From contig OZ249436.1 of assembly GCA_965235115.1 (NCBI GenBank), forward strand, positions 558,001-622,000: a DNA stretch of 64,000 bases. The letters are read 5' to 3'. Positions 1 through 13,900 of the stretch are shown here, one piece after another. The stretch's first letter is position 1. Every line of letters starts with the position of its first letter. Source of the stretch: Laetmonice hystrix (lineage: Eukaryota). The translations under genes were made by a program, and so were the position numbers. The notes beneath the pieces are model-generated. The model saw only the letters and a program-made list of their open reading frames with translations, made no database searches and was not told the DNA's origin.

Positions 1-3000
1 GGGGAGTGGCTTCCTCTACATGTTCCCGTTAACTGAGACCCACATCAGTGAGTGTATCCACACGGGGAGTGGCTTCCTCTACATGTTCCCGTTAACTGAG
101 ACCCACATCAGTGAGTGTATCCACACGGGGAGTGGCTTCCTCTACATGTTCCCGTTAACTGAGACCCACATCAGTGAGTGTATCCACACGGGGAGTGGCT
201 TCCTCTACATGTTCCCGTTAACTGAGACCCACATCAGTGAGTGTATCCACACGGGGAGTGGCTTCCTCTACATGTTCCCGTTAACTGAGACCCACATCAG
301 TGAGTGTATCCACACGGGGAGTGGCTTCCTCTACATGTTCCCGTTAACTGAGACCCACATCAGTGAGTGTATCCACACGGGGAGTGGCTTCCTCTACATG
401 TTCCCGTTAACTGAGACCCACATCAGTGAGTGTATCCACACGGGGAGTGGCTTCCTCTACATGCTCCCGTTAACTGAGACCCACATCAGTGAGTGTATCC
501 ACACGGGGAGTGGCTTCCTCTACGTGCTCCCGTTAACTGAGACCCACATCAGTGAGTGTATCCACACGGGGAGTGGCTTCCTCTACATGCTCCCGTTAAC
601 TGAGACCCACATCAGTGAGTGTATCCACACGGGGAGTGGCTTCCTCTACATGTTCCCGTTAACTGAGACCTACATCAGTGAGTGTATCCACACGGGGAGT
701 GGCTTCCTCTACATGTTCCCGTTAACTGAGACCCACATCAGTGAGTGTATCCACACGGGGAGTGGCTTCCTCTACATGTTCCCGTTAACTGAGACCCACA
801 TCAGTGAGTGTATCCACACGGGGAGTGGCTTCCTCTACATGTTCCCGTTAACTGAGACCCACATCAGTGAGTGTATCCACACGGGGAGTGGCTTCCTCTA
901 CATGTTCCCGTTAACTGAGACCCACATCAGTGAGTGTATCCACACGGGGAGTGGCTTCCTCTACATGTTCCCGTTAACTGAGACCCACATCAGTGAGTGT
1001 ATCCACACGGGGAGTGGCATCCTCTACATGCTCCCGTTAACTGAGACCCACATCAGTGAGTGTATCCACACGGGGAGTGGCTTCATGCTCCCGTTACCTG
1101 AGACCCACATCAGTGAGTGTATCCACACGGGGAGTGGCTTCCTCTACATGTTCCCGTTAACTGAGACCCACATCAGTGAGTGTATCCACACGGGGAGTGG
1201 CTTCCTGCTCCCGTTAACTGAGACCCACATCAGTGAGTGTATCCACACGGGGAGTGGCTTCCTCTACGTGCTCACGTTAACTGAGACCCACATCAGTGAG
1301 TGTATCCACACGGGGAGTGGCTTCCTCTACATGTTCCCGTTAACTGAGACCCACATCAGTGAGTGTATCCACACGGGGAGTGGCTTCCTCTACATGCTCC
1401 CGTTAACTGAGACCCACATCAGTGAGTGTATCCACACGGGGAGTGGCTTCCTCTACATGCTCCCGTTAACTGAGACCCACATCAGTGAGTGTATCCACAC
1501 GGGGAGTGGCTTCCTCTACATGTTCCCGTTAACTGAGACCCACATCAGTGAGTGTATCCACACGGGGAGTGGCTTCCTGCTCCCGTTAACTGAGACCCAC
1601 ATCAGTGAGTGTATCCACAAGGGGAGTGGCTTCCTCTACATGTTCCCGTTAACTGAGACCCACATCAGTGAGTGTATCCACACGGGGAGTGGCTTCCTCT
1701 ACATGCTCCCGTTAACTGAGACCCACATCAGTGAGTGTATCCACACGGGGAGTGGCTTCCTGCTCCCGTTAACTGAGACCCACATCAGTGAGTGTATCCA
1801 CACGGGGAGTGGCTTCCTCTACATGCTCCCGTTAACTGAGACCCACATCAGTGAGTGTATCCACAAGGGGAGTGGCTTCCTCTACATGTTCCCGTTAACT
1901 GAGACCCACATCAGTGAGTGTATCCACACGGGGAGTGGCTTCCTCTACATGTTCCCGTTAACTGAGACCCACATCAGTGAGTGTATCCACACGGGGAGTG
2001 GCTTCCTCTACATGTTCCCGTTAACTGAGACCCACATCAGTGAGTGTATCCACACGGGGAGTGGCTTCCTCTACATGTTCCCGTTAACTGAGACCCACAT
2101 CAGTGAGTGTATCCACACGGGGAGTGGCTTCCTCTACATGTTCCCGTTAACTGAGACCCACATCAGTGAGTGTATCCACACGGGGAGTGGCTTCCTCTAC
2201 ATGTTCCCGTTAACTGAGACCCACATCAGTGAGTGTATCCACACGGGGAGTGGCTTCCTCTACATGTTCCCGTTAACTGAGACCCACATCAGTGAGTGTA
2301 TCCACACGGGGAGTGGCTTCCTGCTCCCGTTAACTGAGACCCACATCAGTGAGTGTATCCACACGGGGAGTGGCTTCCTCTACATGTTCCCGTTAACTGA
2401 GACCCACATCAGTGAGTGTATCCACACGGGGAGTGGCTTCCTCTACATGCTCCCGTTAACTGAGACCCACATCAGTGAGTGTATCCACACGGGGAGTGGC
2501 TTCCTGCTCCCGTTAACTGAGACCCACATCAGTGAGTGTATCCACACGGGGAGTGGCTTCCTCTACATGCTCCCGTTAACTGAGACCCACATCAGTGAGT
2601 GTATCCACACGGGGAGTGGCTTCCTCTACATGTTCCCGTTAACTGAGACCCACATCAGTGAGTGTATCCACACGGGGAGTGGCTTCCTCTACATGTTCCC
2701 GTTAACTGAGACCCACATCAGTGAGTGTATCCACACGGGGAGTGGCTTCCTCTACGTGCTCCCGTTAACTGAGACCCACATCAGTGAGTGTATCCACAAG
2801 GGGAGTGGCTTCCTCTACATGTTCCCGTTAACTGAGACCCACATCAGTGAGTGTATCCACACGGGGAGTGGCTTCCTGCTCCCGTTAACTGAGACCCACA
2901 TCAGTGAGTGTATCCACACGGGGAGTGGCTTCCTCTACATGCTCCCGTTAACTGAGACCCACATCAGTGAGTGTATCCACAAGGGGAGTGGCTTCCTCTA

Positions 3001-6000
3001 CATGTTCCCGTTAACTGAGACCCACATCAGTGAGTGTATCCACACGGGGAGTGGCTTCCTCTACATGTTCCCGTTAACTGAGACCCACATCAGTGAGTGT
3101 ATCCACACGGGGAGTGGCTTCCTCTACATGTTCCCGTTAACTGAGACCCACATCAGTGAGTGTATCCACACGGGGAGTGGCTTCCTCTACATGTTCCCGT
3201 TAACTGAGACCCACATCAGTGAGTGTATCCACACGGGGAGTGGCTTCCTCTACATGTTCCCGTTAACTGAGACCCACATCAGTGAGTGTATCCACACGGG
3301 GAGTGGCTTCCTCTACATGTTCCCGTTAACTGAGACCCACATCAGTGAGTGTATCCACACGGGGAGTGGCATCCTCTACATGCTCCCGTTAACTGAGACC
3401 CACATCAGTGAGTGTATCCACACGGGGAGTGGCTTCATGCTCCCGTTAACTGAGACCCACATCAGTGAGTGTATCCACACGGGGAGTGGCTTCCTCTACA
3501 TGTTCCCGTTAACTGAGACCCACATCAGTGAGTGTATCCACACGGGGAGTTGCTTCCTGCTCCCGTTAACTGAGACCCACATCAGTGAGTGTATCCACAC
3601 GGGGAGTGGCTTCCTCTACGTGCTCACGTTAACTGAGACCCACATCAGTGAGTGTATCCACACGGGGAGTGGCTTCCTCTACATGTTCCCGTTAACTGAG
3701 ACCCACATCAGTGAGTGTATCCACACGGGGAGTGGCTTCCTCTACATGCTCCCGTTAACTGAGACCCACATCAGTGAGTGTATCCACACGGGGAGTGGCT
3801 TCCTCTACATGCTCCCGTTAACTGAGACCCACATCAGTGAGTGTATCCACACGGGGAGTGGCTTCCTCTACATGTTCCCGTTAACTGAGACCCACATCAG
3901 TGAGTGTATCCACACGGGGAGTGGCTTCCTGCTCCCGTTAACTGAGACCCACATCAGTGAGTGTATCCACAAGGGGAGTGGCTTCCTCTACATGTTCCCG
4001 TTAACTGAGACCCACATCAGTGAGTGTATCCACACGGGGAGTGGCTTCCTCTACATGCTCCCGTTAACTGAGACCCACATCAGTGAGTGTATCCACACGG
4101 GGAGTGGCTTCCTGCTCCCGTTAACTGAGACCCACATCAGTGAGTGTATCCACACGGGGAGTGGCTTCCTCTACATGCTCCCGTTAACTGAGACCCACAT
4201 CAGTGAGTGTATCCACAAGGGGAGTGGCTTCCTCTACATGTTCCCGTTAACTGAGACCCACATCAGTGAGTGTATCCACACGGGGAGTGGCTTCCTGCTC
4301 CCGTTAACTGAGACCCACATCAGTGAGTGTATCCACACGGGGAGTGGCTTCCTCTACATGTTCCCGTTAACTGAGACCCACATCAGTGAGTGTATCCACA
4401 CGGGGAGTGGCTTCCTCTACATGTTCCCGTTAACTGAGACCCACATCAGTGAGTGTATCCACACGGGGAGTGGCTTCCTCTACATGTTCCCGTTAACTGA
4501 GACCCACATCAGTGAGTGTATCCACACGGGGAGTGGCTTCCTCTACATGTTCCCGTTAACTGAGACCCACATCAGTGAGTGTATCCACACGGGGAGTGGC
4601 TTCCTCTACATGTTCCTGTTAACTGAGACCCACATCAGTGAGTGTATCCACACGGGGAGTGGCTTCCTGCTCCCGTTAACTGAGACCCACATCAGTGAGT
4701 GTATCCACACGGGGAGTGGCTTCCTCTACATGTTCCCGTTAACTGAGACCCACATCAGTGAGTGTATCCACACGGGGAGTGGCTTCCTCTACATGCTCCC
4801 GTTAACTGAGACCCACATCAGTGAGTGTATCCACACGGGGAGTGGCTTCCTGCTCCCGTTAACTGAGACCCACATCAGTGAGTGTATCCACACGGGGAGT
4901 GGCTTCCTCTACATGCTCCCGTTAACTGAGACCCACATCAGTGAGTGTATCCACACGGGGAGTGGCTTCCTCTACATGTTCCCGTTAACTGAGACCCACA
5001 TCAGTGAGTGTATCCACACGGGGAGTGGCTTCCTCTACATGTTCCCGTTAACTGAGACCCACATCAGTGAGTGTATCCACACGGGGAGTGGCTTCCTCTA
5101 CGTGCTCCCGTTAACTGAGACCCACATCAGTGAGTGTATCCACAAGGGGAGTGGCTTCCTCTACATGTTCCCGTTAACTGAGACCCACATCAGTGAGTGT
5201 ATCCACACGGGGAGTGGCTTCCTGCTCCCGTTAACTGAGACCCACATCAGTGAGTGTATCCACACGGGGAGTGGCTTCCTCTACATGCTCCCGTTAACTG
5301 AGACCCACATCAGTGAGTGTATCCACAAGGGCAGTGGCTTTCTCTACATGTTCCCGTTAACTGAGACCCACATCAGTGAGTGTATCCACACGGGGAGTGG
5401 CTTCCTGCTCCCGTTAACTGAGACCCACATCAGTGAGTGTATCCACACGGGGAGTGGCTTCCTCTACATGTTCCCGTTAACTGAGACCCACATCAGTGAG
5501 TGTATCCACACGGGGAGTGGCTTCCTCTACATGTTCCCGTTAACTGAGACCCACATCAGTGAGTGTATCCACACGGGGAGTGGCTTCCTGTTCCCGTTAA
5601 CTGAGACCCACATCAGTGAGTGTATCCACACGGGGAGTGGCTTCCTCTACATGCTCCCGTTAACTGAGACCCACATCAGTGAGTGTATCCACACGGGGAG
5701 TGGCTTCCTCTACGTGCTCCCGTTAACTGAGACCCACATCAGGGAGTGTATCCACACGGGGAGTGGCTTCCTCTACATGCTCCCGTTAACTGAGACCCAC
5801 ATCAGTGAGTGTATCCACACGGGGAGTGGCTTCCTCTACATGTTCCCGTTAACTGAGACCCACATCAGTGAGTGTATCCACACGGGGAGTGGCTTCCTCT
5901 ACATGTTCCCGTTAACTGAGACCCACATCAGTGAGTGTATCCACACGGGGAGTGGCTTCCTCTACATGCTCCCGTTAACTGAGACCCACATCAGTGAGTG

Positions 6001-6191
6001 TATCCACACGGGGAGTGGCTTCCTCTACGTGCTCCCGTTAACTGAGACCCACATCAGTGAGTGTATCCACACGGGGAGTGGCTTCCTCTACATGTTCCCG
6101 TTAACTGAGACCTACATCAGTGAGTGTATCCACACGGGGAGTGGCTTCCTCTACATGCTCCCGTTAACTGAGACCCACATCAGTGAGTGTA
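1..6191. repeat. 63-bp minisatellite (57-bp variants), ~100 copies, truncated by window start
   Basis: Unit GGGGAGTGGCTTCCTCTACATGTTCCCGTTAACTGAGACCCACATCAGTGAGTGTATCCACAC read directly; accounts for the 2060-aa ORF 20..6202. Confidence 0.99.
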
Positions 6192-6725
6192 CCAGACAAT
6201 AGCGAGGAGTCTTCTCATTATCATTCTTATCTAGACTCTATGGTCAGCCGTATATCAACGTGGTTAAAAGGGACCGAACTTTCAAAACCTTTGTTATCGA
6301 TAATGATACTGACTGAGTTAGGGGTCCCTAACAGGTCCACTATTTCTAAAATTGCCCATCTCTTCTAAAAGGTCCGCATTTTCCGCATTATGACCAACCC
6401 CTTAATTTTAAAACATGTCTACGTGCCTGAGGCACTTCAGAAGTTCAGACTCCACAACCAGACATTTGGCCAAGACGAGCCAACGATTGCAGTAATAAGA
6501 GCAAGTTGCGAGGCTAACCAGGCGTAACATGATTATACCGGACACATTGCATGCACGACAACTGTACGCGCGTCATATCGCCTTTTGATCTCCTTAAAAG
6601 GTCCCTTCGTGAAATTAATGTCGGCGGAGGATCTCGTAGATCTTTACTCAAGGTCGAGTCAAGGACTCGGTGTGAACCCTGTTCCCGTCTGGCACGTCAC
6701 GAGAAAGTACAACCGTAAACTGCAG

Positions 6726-8852
6726 ACGCCGGTCGTGGTGATGCCCTGACGTATACACGCCGGTCGTGGTGATGCCCTGACGTATACACGCCGGTCGTGG
6801 TGATGCCCTGATGCCCTGACGTATACACGCCGGTCGTGGTGATGCCCTGACGTATACACGCCGGTCGTGGTGATGCCCTGACGTATACACGCCGGTCGTG
6901 GTGATGCCCTGACGTATACACGCCGGTCGTGGTGATGCCCTGACGTATACACGCCGGTCGTGGTGATGCCCTGATGCCCTGACGTATACACGCCGGTCGT
7001 GGTGATGCCCTGATGCCCTGACGTATACACGCCGGGCGTGGTGATGCCCTGACGTATACACGCCGGTTGTGGTGATGCCCTGACGTATACACGCCGGTCG
7101 TGGTGATGCCCTGACGTATACACGCCGGTCGTGGTGATGCCCTGATGCCCTGACGTATACACGCCGGTCGTGGTGATGCCCTGATGCCCTGACGTATACA
7201 CGCCGGGCGTGGTGATGCCCTGACGTATACACGCCGGTCGTGGTGATGCCCTGACGTATACACGCCGGTCGTGGTGATGCCCTGATGCCCTGACGTATAC
7301 ACGCCGGTCGTGGTGATGCCCTGACGTATACACGCCGGTCGTGGTGATGCCCTGATGCCCTGACGTATACACGCCGGTCGTGGTGATGCCCTGATGCCCT
7401 GACGTATACACGCCGGGCGTGGTGATGCCCTGATGCCCTGACGTATACACGCCGGTCGTGGTGATGCCCTGATGACCTGACGTATACACGCCGGTCGTGG
7501 TGATGCCCTGATGCCCTGACGTATACACGCCGGGCGTGGTGATGCCCTGACGTATACACGCCGGTCGTGGTGATGCCCTGACGTATACACGCCGGTCGTG
7601 GTGATGCCCTGACGTATACACGCCGGTCGTGGTGATGCCCTGACGTATACACGCCGGTCGTGGTGATGCCCTGACGTATACACGCCGGTCGTGGTGATGC
7701 CCTGACGTATACACGCCGGTCGTGGTGATGCCCTGACGTATACACGCCGGTCGTGGTGATGCCCTGATGCCCTGACGTATACACGCCGGTCGTGGTGATG
7801 ACCTGACGTATACACGCCGGTCGTGGTGATGCCCTGATGCCCTGACGTATACACGCCGGTCGTGGTGATGCCCTGACGTATACACGCCGGTCGTGGTGAT
7901 GCCCTGACGTATACACGCCGGGCGTGGTGATGCCTTGACGTATACACGTCGGTCGTGGTGATGCCCTGACGTATACACGCCGGTCGTGGTGATGCCCTGA
8001 CGTATACACGCCGGTCGTGGTGATGCCCTGACGTATACACGCCGGTCGTGGTGATGCCCTGACGTATACACGCCGGTCGTGGTGATGCCCTGATGCCCTG
8101 ACGTATACACGCCGGTCGTGGTGATGCCCTGACGTATACACGCCGGTCGTGGTGATGCCCTGACGTATACACGCCGGTCGTGGTGATGCCCTGACGTATA
8201 CACGCCGGTCGTGGTGATGCCCCGACGTATACACGCCGGTCGTGGTGATGCCCTGACGTATACACGCCGGTCGTGGTGATGCCCTGACGTATACACGCCG
8301 GTCGTGGTGATGCCCTGACGTATACACGCCGGTCGTGGTGATGCCCTGACGTATACACGCCGGTCGTGGTGATGCCCTGACGTATACACGCCGGTCGTGG
8401 TGATGCCCTGATGCCCTGACGTATACACGCCGGTCGTGGTGATGCCCTGACGTATACACGCCGGTCGTGGTGATGCCCTGACGTATACACGCCGGTCGTG
8501 GTGATGCCCTGACGTATACACGCCGGTCGTGGTGATGCCCTAACGTATACACGCCGGTCGTGGTGATGCCCTGACGTATACACGCCGGTCGTGGTGATGC
8601 CCTGACGTATACACGCCGGTCGTGGTGATGCCCTGACGTATACACGCCGGTCGTGGTGATGCCCTGATGCCCTGACGTATACACGCCGGTCGTGGTGATG
8701 ACCTGACGTATACACGCCGGTCGTGGTGATGCCCTGATGCCCTGACGTATACACGCCGGTCGTGGTGATGCCCTGACGTATACACGCCGGGCGTGGTGAT
8801 GCCCTGACGTATACACGCCGGTCGTGGTGATGCCCTGATGCCCTGACGTATA
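6726..8852. repeat. 31-bp minisatellite (39-bp variants with GATGCCCT duplicated)
   Basis: Unit GACGTATACACGCCGGTCGTGGTGATGCCCT in tandem. Confidence 0.99.
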
Positions 8853-9295
8853 AATAAGATGACTCGTGAATCATTTATCGACGGCATTGAATGGAAAATT
8901 CCCAACAAGCAACTCAATTGTCTGATTTCTTTTTACGTCATCTGAACTCGTACCAAGCGAAAAAAGATGTTGAGTTTACGAGCTAAAAATACAATTCTCT
9001 AAAGGTATAGGTAGGCACTGTTTTCCCTATAATCTACGGTGACTGGTTTTCTGACGTCATCACAAATAATCGATGGCAACGTTTGCATTCGTCTCAGTAC
9101 AAATAGTCTCGCTTTAAAGACAATTCCTGATTAGGGCCCCCACACAAAAAAAGCTCTGGACTGTTCCTAACAAGAAAATATTAAGGGAGAAGAAAGCGTA
9201 CTTGGTCAGGCAGGGAATTATAGTGGATGGTATTAGGTCAATGCGTCGTAAGTAGGGGAAATTTATCGGTGAGAGGATAAAGTGAGCTGGCGTCA

Positions 9296-9887
9296 TTGGT
9301 ACACGGCATGCCTTGGTACACGGCATGCCTTGGTACACGGCATGCCTTGGTACACGGCATGCCTTGGTACACGGCATGCCTTGGTACACGGCATGCCTTG
9401 GTACACGGCATGCCTTGGTACACGGCATGCCTTGGTACACGGCCTTGGTACAAGGCATGCCTTGGTACACGGCCTTGGTACACGGTATGCCTTGGTACAC
9501 GGCATGCCTTGGTACACGGCATGCCTTGGTACACGGCATGCCTTGGTACACGGCCTTGGTACACGCCATGCCTTGGTACACGGCATGCCTTGGTACACGG
9601 CATGCCTAGGTACACGGTATGCCTTGGTACACGGCCTTGGTACACGGCATGCCTTGGTACACGGCCTTGGTACACGGTATGCCTTGGTACACGGCATGCC
9701 TTGGTACACGGCATGCCTTGGTACACGGCATGCCTTGGTACACGGCCTTGGTACACGCCATGCCTTGGTACACGGCATGCCTTGGTACACGGCATGCCTA
9801 GGTACACGGTATGCCTTGGTACACGCCATGCCTTGGTACACGGCATGCCTTGGTACACGGCATGCCTTGGTACACGGCATGCCTTGG
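9296..9887. repeat. 17-bp minisatellite (13-bp variants)
   Basis: Unit TTGGTACACGGCATGCC; contains palindrome GGCATGCC. Confidence 0.99.
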
Positions 9888-10341
9888 CCTCTTGTCGGGC
9901 TCCTGCATATCTGAGCTATCGCCGCGCGGCCACAAAAAGGGAGGACCATGCTTGAATTAAAGGGACACTCGTGGGAGCAAGTCCACATCATAGGGCGAGG
10001 CAAGATAATTTAATATAATGAACGGTCATGTACCTACTCACTTCTCGTTTATAGAAAGCGACAGTTGACGAGGTCTGCCTGCCGACTTCTTTAATAACAC
10101 ACAGTCCCGACTGACACGCTAATCAGCGCGCCTCCCTAGCCGCACTGTTTGTATATTCACAAGGCGAGCTTTGCAACATTTATAAGTTTAGAGACGACTG
10201 CTGGGAGTATAGAGTTGGAGTTGAATTCTGATTGAGCCCACGCGTTCCAACACCAGCGTCTCCAGCTCAGACCGAACCAACGACCGCCACGTCAGGCAAT
10301 GAATATTTTCATATTCTTACTGAGCGACCTGAATCATCTAT

Positions 10342-11996
10342 TAGTTAGAGTGGTCGTACTTCTAGTTAGAGTGCGCCTAGTCGTATCTAGTTAGAGTGCG
10401 CCTTGTCCTTTCTTCTAGTTAGAGCGCGCCCAGTCCTATCTTCTAGTTAGAGTGCGCCCAGTCCTATCGTCTAGTTAGAGTGCGCCCAGTCTTATCTTCT
10501 AGTTAGAGTGCTCCTAGTCTTATCTTCTAGTTAGAGTGCTCCTTGTCTTATCTTCTAGTTAAAGTGCGCCCAGTCTTATCTTCTAGTTAGAGTGCGCCTA
10601 GTCCTATCTTCTAGTTAGAGTGCGCCCAGTCCTATCTTCTAGTTAGAGTGCTCAGAGTCCTATCTTCTAGTTAGAGTGCGCCTTGTCCTATCTTCTAGTT
10701 AGAGTGCGCCTTGTCCTATCTTCTAGTTAGAGTGCGCCTTGTGCTATCTTCTAGATAGAGTGCGCCTTGTCCTATCTTCTAGTTAGAGTGCCCCCAGTCC
10801 TATCTTCTAGTTAGAGTGCGCCTTGTCCTATCTTCTAGTTAGAGTGCCCCCAGTCCTATCTTCTAGTTAGAGTGCGCCCAGTCCTATCTTCTAGTTAGAG
10901 TGCCCCCAGTCCTATCTTCTAGTTAGAGTGCTCCTAGTCCTATCTTCTGGTTAGAGTGCGCCCCGTCCTATCTTCTAGTTAGAGTGCGCCTAGTCCTATC
11001 TTCTAGTAAGAGCGCGCCTAGTCCTATCTTCTAGTTAGAGTGCTCCTAGTCCTATCTTCTAGTTAGAGCGCCCCCAGTCCTATCTTCTAGTTAGAGCGCG
11101 CCTAGTCCTATCTTCTAGTTAGAGTGCTCCTAGTCCTATCTTCTAGTTAGAGTGCGCCTTGTCCTATCTTCTAGTTAGAGTGCTCCTAGTCCTATCTTCT
11201 AGTTAGAGTGCTCCTAGTCCTATCTTCTAGTTAGAGTGCGCCTAGTCCTATCTTCTAGTTAGAGTGCTCCTAGTCCTATCTTCTAGTTAGAGTGCGCCTA
11301 GTCCTATCTTCTAGTTAGAGTGCGCCTTGTCCTATCTTCTAGTTAGAGTGCGCCTTGTCCTATCTTCTAGTTAGAGTGATCCTAGTCCTATCTTCTAGTT
11401 AGAGTGCGCCTTGTCCTATCTTCTAGTTAGAGTGCGCCTTGTCCTATCTTCTAGTTAGAGTGCGCCCAGTCCTATCTTCTAGTTAGAGCGCGCCTAGTCC
11501 TATCTTCTAGTTAGAGTGCGCCTTGTCCTATCTTCTAGATAGAGTGCGCCTTGTCCTATCTTCTAGTTAGAGTGCTCCTAGTCCTATCTTCTAGTTAGAG
11601 TGCGCCCAGTCTTATCTTCTAGTTAGAGCGCGCCTAGTCCTATCTTCTAGTTAGAGTGCGCCTAGTCCTATCTTCTAGTTAGAGTGCGCCCAGTCCTATC
11701 TTCTAGTTAGAGTGCGCCCAGTCCTATCTTCTAGTTAGAGTGCGCCCAGTCCTATCTTCTAGTTAGAGTGCTCCTAGTCCTATCTTCTAGTTAGAGTGCT
11801 CCTAGTCCTATCTTCTAGTTAGAGTGCTCCTAGTCCTATCTTCTAGTTAGAGTGCGCCCAGTCCTATCTTCTAGTTAGAGTGCGCCCCGTCCTATCTTCT
11901 AGTTAGAGTGCGCCTTGTCCTATCTTCTAGTTAGAGTGCGCCCAGTCCTATCTTCTAGTTAGAGTGCGCCCAGTCCTATCTTCTAGTTAGAGTGCG
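10342..11996. repeat. 28-bp minisatellite with a variable central segment
   Basis: Unit CTAGTTAGAGTGCGCCCAGTCCTATCTT; centre varies (GCGCCCA/GCGCCTT/GCTCCTA/GCCCCCA); left-edge copies degenerate. Confidence 0.99.
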
Positions 11997-12383
11997 AATA
12001 GTCCCATCTTTTGAAGACGCCTCTCCCAACTGGTGGGTGGGCTTTATTCATGCACTTTGCGTGTCATCGTCCCTCCCCCCCGAGCTATATGCAAAGGCAA
12101 TGCGGGATCAAATCGTTTGAAGACAGATTAAATTTGAGTCGAGTCAATCCCTCCTCGAGCTAGGCTCTACAGAAAGTTTGCAGGCATTCAGTTCCCCATA
12201 ATTATATAAAGGGAATCGAAATCCTTGGAGACTATTTGCATGTTAGAAACACCGATCACAAGACTCGAACATTCGGACTACAAATACCCGTTCATTTACC
12301 GTCAGCCTCATTACGATTGGATGCAATCACGTGTGGGGATTAGGTTACAGGATAGCTGGGTCTTTCTCTGCATGGCTGCCCAA

Positions 12384-13511
12384 GTAGGGGTCTTTCTCTG
12401 GTTGTCTATGTAGGGATCTTTCTCTGGTTGTCTATGTAGGGGTCATTCTCTGGTTGTCTATGTAGGGACCTTTCTCTGGTTGTCCATGTAGGGGTCTTTC
12501 TCTGGTTGTCTATGTAGGGGTATTTCTCTGGTTGTCTATGTAGGGGTCTTTCTCTGGTTGTCTATGTAGGGATCTTTCTCTGGTTGTCTATGTAGGGGTC
12601 ATTCTCTGGTTGTCTATGTAGGGGTCTTTCTCTGGTTGTCTATGTAGGGGTCTTTCTCTGGTTGTCTATGTAGGGGTCTTTCTCTGGTTGTCTATGTAGG
12701 GGCTTTTCTCTGGTTGTCTATGTAGGGGTCTTTCTCTGGTTGTCTGTGTAGGGGTCTTTCTCTGGTTGTCTATGTAGGGGTCATTCTCTGGTTGTCTATG
12801 TAGGGGTCTTTCTCTGGTTGTCTATGTAGGGGTCTTTCTCTGGTTGTCTATGTAGGGGCTTTTCTCTGGTTGTCTATGTAGGGGTCTTTCTCTGGTTGTC
12901 TGTGTAGGGGTCTTTCTCTGGTTGTCTATGTAGGGGTCATTCTCTGGTTGTCTATGTAGGGGTCTTTCTCTGGTTGTCTATGTAGGGGTCTTTCTCTGGT
13001 TGTCTATGTAGGAGTCTTTCTCTGGTTGTCCATGTAGGGGTCTTTCTCTGGTTGTCTATGTAGGGGTCTTTCTCTGGTTGTCCATGTAGGGGTCTTTCTC
13101 TGGTTGTCTATGTAGGGGTCTTTCTCTGGTTGTCCATGTAGGGGTCTTTCTCTGGTTGTCTATGTAGGGATCTTTCTCTGGTTGTCTATGTAGGGGTCTT
13201 TCTCTGGTTGTCTATGTAGGGGTCTTTCTCTGGTTGTCTATGTAGGGGTCTTTCTCTGGTTGTCTATGTAGGGGCTTTTCTCTGGTTGTCTATATGTAGG
13301 GATCTTTCTCTGGTTGTCTATATGTAGGGATCTTTCTCTGGTTGTCTATGTAGGGGTCTTTCTCTGGTTGTCTATGTAGGGATCTTTCTCTGGTTGTCTA
13401 TGTAGGGATCTTTCTCTGGTTGTCTATGTAGGGACCTTTCTCTGGTTGTCCATGTAGGGGTCTTTCTCTGGTTGTCTATGTAGGGGTATTTCTCTGGTTG
13501 TCTATGTAGGG
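12384..13511. repeat. 26-bp minisatellite
   Basis: Unit GTAGGGGTCTTTCTCTGGTTGTCTAT in tandem. Confidence 0.99.
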
Positions 13512-13900
13512 TGAGTCCCTCTCAAGGTCTTTCCCTGAGGAGTGAGTCCCTCTCGAGGTCTTTCCCTGAGGAGTGAGTCCCTCTCGAGGTCTTTCCCTGA
13601 GCTGGAGTGAGTCCCTCTCGTGGTCTTTGTCTGATAAGTGAGTCCCTCTCGGGGTTTTTCCCTGAGGAGTGAGTCCCTCTCGAGGTCTTTCTCTGAGGAG
13701 TGAGTCCCTCTGGAGGTATTTCCCTGAGCTGGAGTGAGTCCCTCTTGGGGTCTTTCCCGGAGGAGTGAGTCCATCTCGAGGTATTTCCCTCAGCTGGAGT
13801 GAGTCCCTCTCGAGGTCTTTCTCTGAGAAGTGAGTCCCTCTCGAGGTTTTTCCCTGAGCTGGAGTGAGTCCCTCTCGAGGTGTCACGGGAGTGAGTCCCT
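13511..13900. repeat. 31/34-bp minisatellite directly abutting the 26-bp array
   Basis: Unit GGAGTGAGTCCCTCTCGAGGTCTTTCCCTGA(GCT), ~12 moderately diverged copies. Confidence 0.97.

Noticed and set aside
20..6202. 2060-aa ORF as a genuine repeat or zinc-finger protein (IHTG resembles a C2H2 linker)
   Set aside because: Only one Cys per 21-aa unit, no CxxC, and mostly non-synonymous variation; explained by a stop-free 63-bp unit. Only the exon-junction hypothesis is kept.
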